Origin: Octopus sinensis
Lineage: Eukaryota
Assembly (NCBI RefSeq): GCF_006345805.1
Contig: NC_043001.1
Location: forward strand, 41,912,001-41,976,000
DNA: 64,000 bases
Direction of reading: 5' to 3'
Shown here: positions 26,818 through 38,181 of the stretch, piece after piece
Layout: every line of letters starts with the position of its first letter
Numbering within the stretch: position 1 is the first letter of the stretch
The notes under the pieces: generated by a model
The model's database searches: none
Told to the model about the DNA's origin: nothing
What the model saw: the letters and a program-made list of their open reading frames with translations, nothing else
Translations under genes and position numbers: made by a program

Positions 26818-27261
26818 CTGAAAAGGAATTAAAAATAATAAAATCTCGATTACAGAAATTAGCTTTTAAGCTGGGTATAAGAAAAAATGCATCATACATA
26901 CATGAAATAAAACAGGTAATTCACTAGTTCTCAGCCAAAAATTATCAAGTTTTTATTCAAAATGTTTATTTATTCTTCATTTCCTTTACATTTGTTCTGA
27001 GGTTAATTAGGAAGTTTAATACTACTAAAATATTTAATTTGAAATTAAATTCTCCCTTCTTTGGCATGACTGATGGAGAAGAAAAATATTGCACATAAAA
27101 TCATTATTTTGGACAAAATATTAATCCAAAGTAATTTCAAATTTTTCATCTAAAGCAACAAGCTTAAATGTTTTAAAACACCTTAAAAGTACAATTAGAA
27201 GTTACTAACTCTCCCATTGGATTACAATTTAAATTTGTAATCATTAAAAAAATGTACATAC

Positions 27262-27406
27262 CAGATTTTTCTTAGTATAAGAAGAAGGCATAAGGGGTCG
27301 CTGAAATTTCTTCTTAGAACCTATCCCTCCAGGCAATGGTGGGGCAGATAGACTAGCTGCAACGTAATTAATAGTTTCCATCCACTCTTGGAGCTCTTTA
27401 CTGTCA
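27262..27406 (-). CDS. PSD: PSD/EFA6 PH C-terminal helix and Pro-rich exon (145 nt)
   Basis: ttcttacag..gtatgt. Translates (S)DSKELQEWMETINYVAASLSAPPLPGGIGSKKKFQRPLMPSSYTKKNL, matching the PSD 'SAPP.P..IGS.KKF.RP' motif. Confidence 0.96.
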
Positions 27407-27697
27407 CTGTAAGAATGGAGGATTCAAAAAGATAGGAAAAGTAAATATTTGTAGAGAAACTGATTTAATTTAATCTTTGTTAAATGACTTCCAAATAGGC
27501 TTTTGCCAATGTGTCATTTAGAACAGATGCTACAGACTATTTGTAATAAATGTTTTTCAGAATATTCTCAAATAAACAGAAAATAAATTTTGACATAAAT
27601 TAATAAAAATTACCAAGTTTTTTTAATTAAATTTTTATTTTTTCTAAATATGGTTTACTGGATTAAAGGAAGATAAACAAAAATGGGAAAATCATAC

Positions 27698-27926
27698 CTT
27701 GTTTGGAAAAGATATTCAGCCCAATCTGATGTGTGCAAACGAAATACATGCTGTTTTTTTGTGTAATCCGATGCTCGAGTGGCAATGGAATGATGAATAC
27801 GGATGGCATTACTAGAGTTCTCAATTAAGTTACCTTTCTTGAACCCATGCTCATCTTTGTGAAGATAAAGGATCATATCTCTTAATGAAGCATAAAACAT
27901 CTTCCAACCTCGCTTACCAAATGATG
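27698..27926 (-). CDS. PSD: PSD/EFA6 PH domain exon (229 nt)
   Basis: ctttctttcag..gtatga. Translates SFGKRGWKMFYASLRDMILYLHKDEHGFKKGNLIENSSNAIRIHHSIATRASDYTKKQHVFRLHTSDWAEYLFQT. Overlaps ORF 27655..27900. Confidence 0.96.
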
Positions 27927-28393
27927 CTGAAAGAAAGAGAGAGAAAAAGTGACAAATATAAGAAAGATGAAGTAATAAAACTTATTTAAAGCACAAAAAG
28001 ACTTGCCATCATCATTGTCCAAGCACATAGATCACCACAAACAATTTTTAACACCAATTCTTTTAATAATATTCTTTTCATTCACACTTCCTATAGCCAG
28101 TCTATTTCTCTGGTTATTTGAATTATGATGTCTATATCAAAAGTTCTGATTACTCTCTAGATAATGATTAAGAATTCAAGAGTAACATTCTATCACTGAC
28201 TGACTGAGTCAGAACAATGAGTGTCAAATCAAAGAAATCTGTGCTAGAAATCAATGAATAAAAGAGAAATTAATTTTTGTTTTTTTTTTAATAAATAAAT
28301 CACATACCATGTATTTTAAGAAATAAATATTTTAAGTAACTAAATGCCTTTAAAAATATTTTACAAGAAAAAAAAGATTTGTATGAAACATAC

Positions 28394-28475
28394 TACGTCG
28401 ACCATCTGGATCTAAACAGCACTTGCGCATTACATATCCTTTCTTGTACTCTGTGGTTTGATTAGGGTCAGGTAT
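28394..28475 (-). CDS. PSD: PSD/EFA6 PH domain start exon (82 nt)
   Basis: ttattgtag..gtatgt. Translates IPDPNQTTEYKKGYVMRKCCLDPDGRR(T). Confidence 0.93.
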
Positions 28476-28799
28476 CTACAATAAATTTCCAAATACAACA
28501 TAACAAAATGTTAATTGAATAGAAAATAGCAGAAATAAGAAGCATAAAATAATTGCTACAGTTTTTTATTCTAACAAGATGTTTCATGAATTTACAAATT
28601 TTAAATGAAAAGTCAATAAAAGTTTTGTATGCCTCCATTAGAAATGGAAGTGCTAGAAAACTATACAACGCCTTCAATCTTGATCTTTTAAAACTTTGTA
28701 TTAATCAATCCAAACTAGGACTGATTAAACTACACATTTTTTAAACAACATTTTAGATTGGAATCCACATATCTGAATAGTTATAACAAATACACAAAT

Positions 28800-29220
28800 G
28801 TGTGTGTGTGAGAGAGAGAGGAGGAGGGAAAAAGAGGGCATGTGGAGAGGGAGAGATAGTGTGGGAAGAGAAAAAGACACAGAGAGAAAGATAAGGTGTG
28901 TGAGATAAGGAATGTAGAACAAAACAGAACATTGTGAAGAGAGAGGGGGGGAGAGAGCATCCAGGTAAAGAGACACAGAAAGCATGTGTGCAAAGGGAGA
29001 AAGACAGAGACAGCACCAGGAGAGAAAGAATAATGGAGAGCATATGAGAAAGAAACACAGCATGAGAGATAAAGAACATACAGGGAGAGAGAATGAAGAT
29101 TATGTAAAAAGTGAGGCTCATTGAACATGTGGGGAAGAAGAGAGAGAGGGAGGCTGAGTGACAGAGTGCATGTAGAGAAATACAGATTGTGAAGGCAGAG
29201 AGAAATGGAAAATAAGAGTA
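28800..29220. repeat. Degenerate (GA)-rich low-complexity tract
   Basis: Purine-rich plus strand just upstream (in the minus transcript) of the 28394-28475 exon; it explains three overlapping hydrophobic ORFs. Confidence 0.85.
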
Positions 29221-30269
29221 TGTATAAATGTTATGGTAATCATTCCATAATACTTTTAAGCAGGACAAACTGCTCTCATTACACCAACTTCTCTAATAAA
29301 AAATAATGTGCAGAGTCCATTCTGTAGGTGCTTCGTCATAGAAAGGACAGCTAGTTTATTATAAAAATCTTTGCAGAGTTGAAGCATCAGTTGTGTAAAC
29401 AGGACTGATACTTGCCATCTTTGTACTGTGCAGTGTATAGTGGGCATTAAGATTGAGGAACCCTAGATAGCCATCAGGCAATCCCACTGCCAACAGAAAT
29501 GACATTCCTCCCCCAGGCCTAATTTCAAGAACAACTTTCCTACCATTATCAATGATAGCATGTTAGAAAGCAGGCAAGGAAGTTAAATGGTTCTTCTTTG
29601 GACAAAACTTTCAGCAGCATTAGGTAGTGCTTATTATGAGAGAGAGGAGGAAACATAACAATACTGCAAACCACTGGTAAATTCTGCAGATGGAGATGGT
29701 TTTCAACCAAATGCCAGAATAGTACAGCAGATTGGACTTTATGAGCTAAGTAACAAGAATAGAAGAATGTGTGCAGCAAGAACAAATATTAAAAAACTAG
29801 CTGCGCAAGAAACAAGTCACCAAAAGAAAGTTGAGTAGGTTTGCAAAATTGTGAAGTAGTGTGTTTGTATGAAAGAAGATTTTATTACGGAGAATCGTGT
29901 ACAAAACAACACAAGGTTAACTGCACTCAGAGTGAAACAAAAAGTCAAGGAAGTTCTATAAGTACTTGGTGAATGAAGATTATAAGTAGGATAATGGGAG
30001 ACACAAAGAGAACCAGCAGAAGAGCCAGTAACAAACATTAGCTTCAGAAGGCTATTGAGGAAATTAAAATAAGCAGAGTAGTAGGTGATTCAAGGGTATT
30101 TACTCTCGAAGGCACTTACTTAGTTAATCAGGCAGTGCAGGAAGATGCTAGTCCAAGTGACTGGTGCAGAAGTACTTTGCTACAAAAGCAATTAGAATGC
30201 TTGAATAAATGCAGTTTGTGCAAGAGCTTGAAACCACACACTCTAAATTCCTAATAGCACATTCTTTCT

Positions 30270-30860
30270 GTTCAATAGCATTCTTGAGAACTTTATGTTG
30301 ATGATATGGTTCTCATTGTAGAATGTTTTGAAGAGTTGCAGAAAAATTTCTAAACATGGAAGCATAGTCTAAATTTGGTTAAAATATCTAAAAGGTCAAA
30401 TGGCAAAGTTCAAAGTGCTGAACACAAATTCCTGGGAAGTACTCTTGTTTGATGTCAAAAGAAAGCATCTAAAAATTCAAAGATTTTATTCACAGAGCAA
30501 GTAATGGGTACACAAAATGTGCATTGTAATTTCTGGTATAGTGACAGAGAACCGGGATTTCAGATATGACAGATGCACAGTTGTTAGCACTAGGAGCACC
30601 CATAACCTGTTCAGATGATTCACTAAATACAGTTGATAACTTCTTTTATCTATCCAATCAAATTAATACTGGAGATGGTTCAAAAGCATAGTAACTAGAG
30701 TACCGAAGAATGAAGTGAAAAAGTCTAAAGAGCTGTTAGTAACAAAGGTTTTTATGGTTAGTCAGGAGTGAGTATATTAACTGCAAGATCTCAGAGACTG
30801 ATGAATGAAATGTAATGATTAGTGTGGAGCTTGGTATATTAGAGACAGCATGAGTGATGA
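30270..30860 (+). mobile_element. Old RTE LINE fragment
   Basis: Reads LYVDDMVLIVECFEELQKNF*TWK and WVHKMC...DFRYDRC, the same architecture as the RTE copies at 31738-35216 and 52531-54655. Confidence 0.6.
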
Positions 30861-31062
30861 GGGAATTGCAAGTAGAAATGGCAGGTGGCCAATCAGCTTG
30901 AACAGAAATGCACTATCATCAGAAAAAGTAGAGAGTCAGAGGCTGGAGCATATCTGAGTAACTGCATGCCAGTTAGTTGAGTGGAACTTTCTTTGCATGA
31001 AAGCTTAGGATGTCTGTGTGTGTGTGTGTAGCAGCAACACTGTTCTAGATGAGGGGACTGTA

Positions 31063-31464
31063 CTCCATTATGAGTCTCACTTGAGCTTTGCAGAAGTTTA
31101 ATAATTATTAGTGCCTGAAATATTTTCTGGCTCTGAAAGGAAAGACTGGTCTTTGAAATGCAGTAGTGGCTCTGTAAAAGATGTGCATTCATCAGTAAGG
31201 AACCTCGGTTATAGCATAGCTTAGTAACTGGAGCAAATGCAAGGGCTTTAGCTGAATGCTGCTCTCCATTATGAGTCTGACTTGAGTTTCGCAGAAGTTC
31301 AATAATTATGAGTGCCCGAAATATTTTCTGGCTCTGAAAGGAAAGACTGGCCTTTGAAATGCAGTAGTGGCTCTGTAAAAGATGTGCATTTATCAGTAGG
31401 GATCCTCAGTTATAGCATACCCTAGTATTTGGAGCAAATGCAAGGACTTCAGTTGCTTGCTGCT
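31063..31464. repeat. Direct tandem duplication, two copies of about 201 bp
   Basis: ctccattatgagtc...ggagcaaatgcaagg starts at 31063 and again at 31264, with scattered substitutions. Confidence 0.92.
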
Positions 31465-31737
31465 CATGTTTAAAGAGGTGACCTGCAACCATGCTTTCTT
31501 GACATGAATAGTGATTGCTAATATTTAGTCAGAACATTTATAAGTAAAACATAGGTGAAAAGGAATTTCAGAAGGTTGAGATTCTTGTGATTTCTCTAAA
31601 TGTGTAAGAGCATGACTATGAAATGTGAATCTGTATGGTAGTGAGATATCAGCACTATATGGTAATCTACGGAAGCTTAAGAGAAAGGAGTCAAGCATGG
31701 ACTGCTAGATATGCAATGTTAACCTGCAAACATGACA

Positions 31738-34700
31738 GAACATCATCATCATCATCATTGTTTAACCTCCACTTTCCATGCTGGCATGGGTTGGACGGTT
31801 TGACTGGGGACTGGTGAGCCAGATGGTTGCAGCAGGCTCCAATCTGATCTGGCAGAGTTTCTATAGCTGGATGCCCTTCCTAACGCCAACAACTCCGAGA
31901 GTGTAGTGGGTGCTTTTACGTGCCACCGGCACAAGGGCCAGTCAAGCGGTACTAGCAACAGCCACGCTCAAATGGTGTTTTTATGTGTCACCTGCACAGG
32001 AGCCAGTCCAGTGGCATTGGCAACGCCCTCACTCGAATGTTGTTTTTCACATACCACCGGCACAAGTGCCAGTAAGGCGACGCTGGTAACAATCACGCTC
32101 AAATGGTGGTTTTTATGTGCCACCAGCACAGGGGCCAGTTAGCGGCTCTGGCAATGATCACGCTTGGATAGTGTTCTTAGCGCTCCACTTGCATAGATGC
32201 CAGTCAAGCGGTGCTGTCATCGAATTTGATTTCGATTTCACTTCCCTTAACAGGTCTTCACAAGCAGAGTTTAGTGTCCAATGAAAGAAAGGTATGCTTA
32301 AGTGGGCTGGTTACACCACTGGCATAGGCCACAGGTTATGGTTTCACTTGGCTTGCCAGGTCTTCTCAAGCACAGCATATTTCCAAAGGTCTCGGTAACT
32401 AGTCATTGCCTCAGTGAAGCCCAATGTTCAAAGGTCATGCTTCACCACCTCATCCCAGGTCTTCCGGAATCTACCCCTTCTAGTTACCCTCAGCCGCTAG
32501 GGTGTGACACTTTTTCACACAGCTATCCTCATCCATTCGCACCACATGACCATACCAGCGCAGTCATCTCTCTTGCACACCACATCTGATGCTTCTTAGG
32601 TTCAACTTTTTTCTCAAGGTACTTACACTCTGTTAAGTATGCACACTGACATTACACATCCAGTGAAGCATATTGGCTTCGTTCCTTGCAAGCATACGCA
32701 TGTCCTCAGCAGTCAAAGCCCATGTTTCACTGCCATGTAGCATGGCTGTTTGTAAACATGCATCATACAGTCTATGATTTATTCTGAGCGAGAGGTCACC
32801 AGCAGAGGTAAGAGCTCTCTGAACTTTGCCCAAGTTATTCTTACTCTAGCAGCTACACTTTCAGAGCATCCACCCCTGCTACTGACTTGGTCCCCTAGGC
32901 AATGGAAGCTATCAACTACTTCTAGTCTTTCTCGCTGGAATGTGGCAGAAGTTGTTCTCTGCACATTTTCTGTGTTTATAGCATCCGAGCATTTGCCACA
33001 TGCAAAAACTATCTTCCCAGTTAGCCTCCCTTTGATATTGCTGCACCTCTTATGTGTCCATAGCTTACACTGGGTACATCTTACTGAGTTTCTACCTATG
33101 CCTTTTCAACATATCAAGCAGGGCCATCCACCTGAAGGGGTATGTGGTTTGTCTGCCTTCCTACTTATTAGGACTTTGGTTTTAGCTAGGTTGATTCTAA
33201 GGCTCTTCGATTCTAATCCTTGCTTCCACACTTGAAACTTCTCCTATAGTTCTGATAGTGACTCAGCATTGAGGAGCTGCCAGGGGCATCCTGTCTTGAA
33301 TTCCCCTGTTATTGCCTGGAGGACTATGAAAAATAGGTGGGGGGCTGAGGGCTGAACCTTGGTGGACCCCTGCCTCTACCTGGAATTCTTCACTGTACTC
33401 GTTGCCAACCCTCACCTTACTGACAGCATCCCTGTACATGGCTCGCACAGCTCTCACTAACCATTTATCTATCCATAGCTTCCTCATTGACCACCAGAAA
33501 AGGGATTGGGGGACTCTGTCAAAGGCTTTCTCCTTGTCAACCAAAGCCAGGTACAGAGGTTTATCTTTGGCTAGGTATTTCTCCTGCAGCTGTCTTACCA
33601 GAAATATAGCATCAGTGGTGCTTTTCTCTGGCACGAACCCAAACTGCATCTCATCTAAACTGACTCTCTCCCTAATTAGTTGGGCTATGGCCCTCTCCGT
33701 GACCTTCATTACCTGATCCAACAACTTGATACCTCTGTAATTATTTGTATCTAAAGCATCACCTTTACCTTTGTAGCAGTTGACTATGCTGCTGCTACAC
33801 CAGACATTGGGTATGACTCCTTCATGTATCACCTGGTTAACTATACTAGTGACTAGGCTATAGCCAACACCACCAGGTATTTTGAGCAAGGTACTCTCAA
33901 TTTGGATAGCTGGTCCCTCTCATGGGTCAACATTCAGCAGACTCTCTTTCTCCCATCCATTCTCTTTATTGAACAACCTTTCATAGTAGCATCTCCAAAC
34001 CTGTCTCTTTGCAGCCTCGCTCAGTGCAAGTGAACCATTATCCATGTGGACACATTTCTCTCCTACAACATCATAATTCTCTCCCACACACTGTCTTGCA
34101 GCACGAAATACTTCAAGTCTTTGGTCATCTCGGTGCAGAACATTGGCAAATTTTTTCTTATCTGTTTCCCCTCTGGCTAAATAAGCCTATCTCTTAGCTT
34201 CCCTTCTGTGCAGTCTGATACAATTCCCTGCTACCACCGTTCTTCCAGTCCTTCCAAGCTTGTTTCTTTTCTCTAATAGCCCTATCAACCATGTTGTCCC
34301 ACCACCACATTACCTTGGATCAAGAGGGGACTTTGCACCATCCACAGATCTGGGCAGTGGCTCTCAGCAGGTTGTCCCATAGAAACCTCCAGTTATCTTC
34401 CACATCATGTGATGCTATATCCTCTTTTATTTCATCAAAGGCTTTGAGTAATACATCTCTAAATATCTGTCCATTTGCAGGATCTTTAAGCTTCCAGACC
34501 CTTCTCCTCCATGCTGGTTGTCTTCTGGGCATCCATTTCACCCTGATCCTGAAGTCACTAACTACTAGTCTATGTTGAGGGGTACATTCTTCGCCTGGGA
34601 GGGTTTTGGCATTTATAAGCAGCCATCTTTCCCTTTTTCTGGCGAGGATGTAGTCAATTTGGCTAGTGTGTCTGCCAGAACGGTAGGTGACTGGTAGGTT

Positions 34701-35216
34701 TGCTGAATTTGGTATTGCAAACCATAAGATCATTTGCATCGCAGAACTCCAGCAGTCTGGTTCCCTCCTCATTGTGGGAACCAAAACCATAGCCTCCATG
34801 TATGCCAGGGAAGCCCTCTGCATGTTGTCCAACATGTCTATTGAAGTCACCAGCCACAAAGAGAAGGTCCTTATCATTTGTCAATGAGGTAGTCTGCAAG
34901 AGGGTGTCATAAAATCGGTCTTTCTGCCCATCAGGTAGCTCCGGTTGAGGAGCATAGGGTGAGATAATGATTGCTAACCCATGATGAAGCACTAATCTAA
35001 TCTTAAGTATTCTGTCGTATACTCTGAATACCTCGACTACCTTATCAACCCATTTCTCTGCAAGAAGTATACTCACACCCCCGACCCCATCAGTGTTCCC
35101 TGCCCAGAAAATCTTGTACCTGTGTTCTTTGCCTGTGAGGAACCTAGCGGAACCTCCTCTCCACCTTACTTCTTGGAGGTAGCACAAATCGACATGGCTC
35201 CGTTCAAGCATTGATC
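31738..35216 (-). mobile_element. RTE-clade LINE, near full-length ORF2 (APE endonuclease + RT), pseudogenised
   Basis: APE motifs (YLQEVRWRG, GDFN, SQIDYIL, PQHRLVV) and RT motifs (NYRGIKLL, QFGFVP, KAFDRVP, GVHQGS), with stops, frameshifts and deletions. 3' UTR ends in a (GAT)n tail at 31738-31758. Confidence 0.95.
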
Positions 35217-35220
35217 TCCA

Positions 35221-35247
35221 TAAACACACACACATATATATAGATAC

Positions 35248-35326
<79 letters not shown>

Positions 35327-35371
35327 CACACATATACATACATATATATACACACATATATATACACACAT

Positions 35372-35412
<41 letters not shown>
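35221..35412. repeat. (CA)n/(TA)n microsatellite abutting the RTE 5' end
   Basis: Seen directly; it forms the artefactual N-terminus of ORF 34663..35379. Confidence 0.95.
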
Positions 35413-35413
<1 letters not shown>

Positions 35414-35984
35414 TTTTAAAATAGGATAAAATCTTTATAAGAATTTATTGAGTAGTCGGTGTCAAAAACCTCATAAGGGAAAAATCTTTAAATATATTTA
35501 TTTATATTAAGGGTATTACTATACATAAATGCCTCATACTATGAGGGATTCTTAAAGTCAAAACTACCATGATAAATAAATACAGTCTTTCGAACGTGAG
35601 GGAATGCAACTCTCAAAATGAGCTCCTTAAAAACAGATTTAGCTTCAGATCATGATTTCATAATTAGTGCACAAAATGCTGAATTTGTTTTTAAGGAGCT
35701 TGCCTTGATGTGCAAGCATACAGTCAAACATATAGATGTTTGTAAATTGTAAACAGTCCTCATCTATTGTTTATATTTGATTATCAAAACCCAGGAAGTG
35801 CAAAACCTGTCAATATATGTATTTGTGTCAGTGAGAAAAACCTATGGTATATTAGTGTAGGTTGTTCAGAGTGTGAAAGAAGTTTAGCTGTGATGCCATT
35901 GCATTCCTCTTGTCTTAGACGTATTGATTTTATATCTGAATGTGTTAATGCATTGTGTTCTTTGAGTATTTCCTATGGTTATGG

Positions 35985-36393
35985 TATTTAGGGTAGTGTT
36001 AAGTTGTACCTGAAATGTGTAACTTTGTAAAAAAAAACTGAGTCAAGTTGGTGGTATAATGATAAGGGACCTCTTTTGGTCATGAATGACCATGGTAGAG
36101 CACCAAGAAAGTTCCCCTCCAAGGCACAAGTCCGGGTAAGTTTGTTTATGGAAGACCAGCAATCACCCATGCATACCAGCCTCCTCACTTCACACCACCG
36201 ATGTTATCCAAGGGAAAGGCAAAAAGCCAATACAGCTTGTCACCAATGATGTTGCATATCATTTCTACAGTTGAGTGAACTAAAGCAGTGTGAAATGTCT
36301 TGCTCAAGAACACAACACAGCCTGTTCTGGGAATTGAACTCACTACCGCATGATTGTGAAACCAATGCTCTAACCACTGAGCCATGTGCCTTC
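35985..36393 (-). mobile_element. tRNA-derived SINE (family C)
   Basis: Minus strand begins gtgaaggcacatggctcagtggttagagc (A box) ...gtgagttcaattccc (B box), then a CORE-like ttgagcaagac segment. Confidence 0.7.
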
Positions 36394-37631
36394 ACAAAGT
36401 TTCTTAGCAAGTATGGGGTATGGTGATATGTATGTACTTAATTATATTAACCCTTTTGTTACTGTAAAAATTGATCAGGCATTAAAAGCAACATTACTAG
36501 TAAGGACATGTGATGTAATTGGATGCTCTGTACCGAGTGAAAAAGAGTTCTCTCCTATGGAGGAAAAAAACTGAGAAGTAACTATGGAAGAAAGTCAAGG
36601 AAGACACTGGATACCATAGAAAATTATGGAAGATCAAGATGATAGCGATATGTTATACAGTGAATTGATCCAACCCATGGAAAAACAAACATTAAACATT
36701 AATGTAATGACAAAAAGACATAATTAAAAAAATTCTTTGCCTTTACAGTGAAATGGAATCAACTGCATTTGTGGCATCAACAAATTGATATTTTACACTT
36801 AGAATCTTAAGCTGCAGTAAAGAGATGGTACCTCTTTTTATTAAGGTAGGAAATACTTTAAACCCTAGATACTTTCTGACTTTTCCTGTGGCTTAAATAT
36901 GCCTTATTCCACACCTTTCTGATATGAGATTGCTTTCAAGTAAAAACCGTCAGTTTGACAACCAACCCACCACTACAAAGTCCTGTCAACTGCATCTCTC
37001 TTCCCCTTGGTGCTACAGATACACAATACTTTCTCCTAGTCCTTTTTTTCTTCTCAAAACATATCTTCTGAAACTCCTTTTTTGTTAACATATCATCAAG
37101 CATTAACCATTTTTAATATTTGCGTTAAGTTTTTCACTTCTTTGTTCAGGTAAACCCCCAAAATGCTCTGAGTTTTATCTTTCCTTCTAAGCAAAAAAAA
37201 AAGTACAACACATGTGATGTTAACTATACATGTGAGCATAAACAGGACATGTCAAAGAATCAACAGCATAAACAGTGCTCATACTTATTTGTCATTTATC
37301 TCCATTACAGGAAAGTTAACTGTTTTGTCTTCTTTTCTCATTGAATGAAGACAATTTAAATCACAATGTATTCAACCAGAAAATGAAAGCAAATAAAAAA
37401 ACTTAAATTTGAACATGTTATTTCTCAAAAGATCTAAACTATGTTGCAAAAGCAGAAAACTGAATAACTAAATAGTGCAATTTTTAAAAAAATGAAGTTA
37501 CTAACTAAAAAGAAAAAAGGAATAATAGTCTTAAAATCAAACTAATTACTTTTGGCTTATACAAAAACTGTGAAAGCAATTATATTCATTATAACACCTA
37601 ATAATAATATAATGCTGATATTAATTACAGT

Positions 37632-37857
37632 TTAACCCTTTTGTTACCAACCCGGCTGAAACTGTCTCTGGCTCTGAGTACAAATGTTTAGTTTCCATAA
37701 ATTTTGAATTAAAATTTTCCACCAAACCTTAGTCACAATTTATGTTCCTAACACCAGCTGAATTATAGCTAGTTATTTTACTAAATTCTTTGTTATATTT
37801 AAAGTAATTGAAAAAAACACAGAAATCTCAAAATAAATACAGTAACGAAAGGGTTAA
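37632..37857. mobile_element. TTAA-flanked piggyBac-like MITE (GTTAC subfamily)
   Basis: TTAA cccttttgttac ... gtaacgaaaggg TTAA; the interior is similar to the reverse complement of the other TTAA MITEs. Confidence 0.8.
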
Positions 37858-38068
37858 GGTGATGAGTTGACAGAAGTGTTAGCATGCTAGGCAAAATGCT
37901 TAGCAACATTTCATCCATCTTACATTTTGAGTTCAAATTACACCAAGGTCAACTTACACTTTCAGGGTCAATAAAATAAGAACCAGTTGAGCACTGGGGT
38001 CGATGTAATCAACTTACTCTTCCCCCAAAATTGCTGGCCCTGTGCTAAGATTTGAAACCAATATTAAG
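37858..38068 (+). mobile_element. tRNA-derived SINE (family B) abutting a PSD 5' splice site
   Basis: Reverse complement of 16118-16350; ends about 10 nt from the donor at 38077-38078. Confidence 0.7.
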
Positions 38069-38078
38069 TACAGCTTAC

Positions 38079-38181
38079 CTCTAAGAAGGGGTTGTGGCCA
38101 AGCCGAGATGGTGTTTCACTTAATGGCACTTGTCGCCGGTCATTCGTAACTGTTGTTTCACTATCTTGCAGATCATCATCT
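38079..38181 (-). CDS. PSD: PSD/EFA6 Sec7-PH linker exon (103 nt)
   Basis: tctatttag..gtaagc. Translates DDDLQDSETTVTNDRRQVPLSETPSRLGHNPFLE, ending in the NPFL motif that precedes the PSD PH domain; phases fit. Confidence 0.9.
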
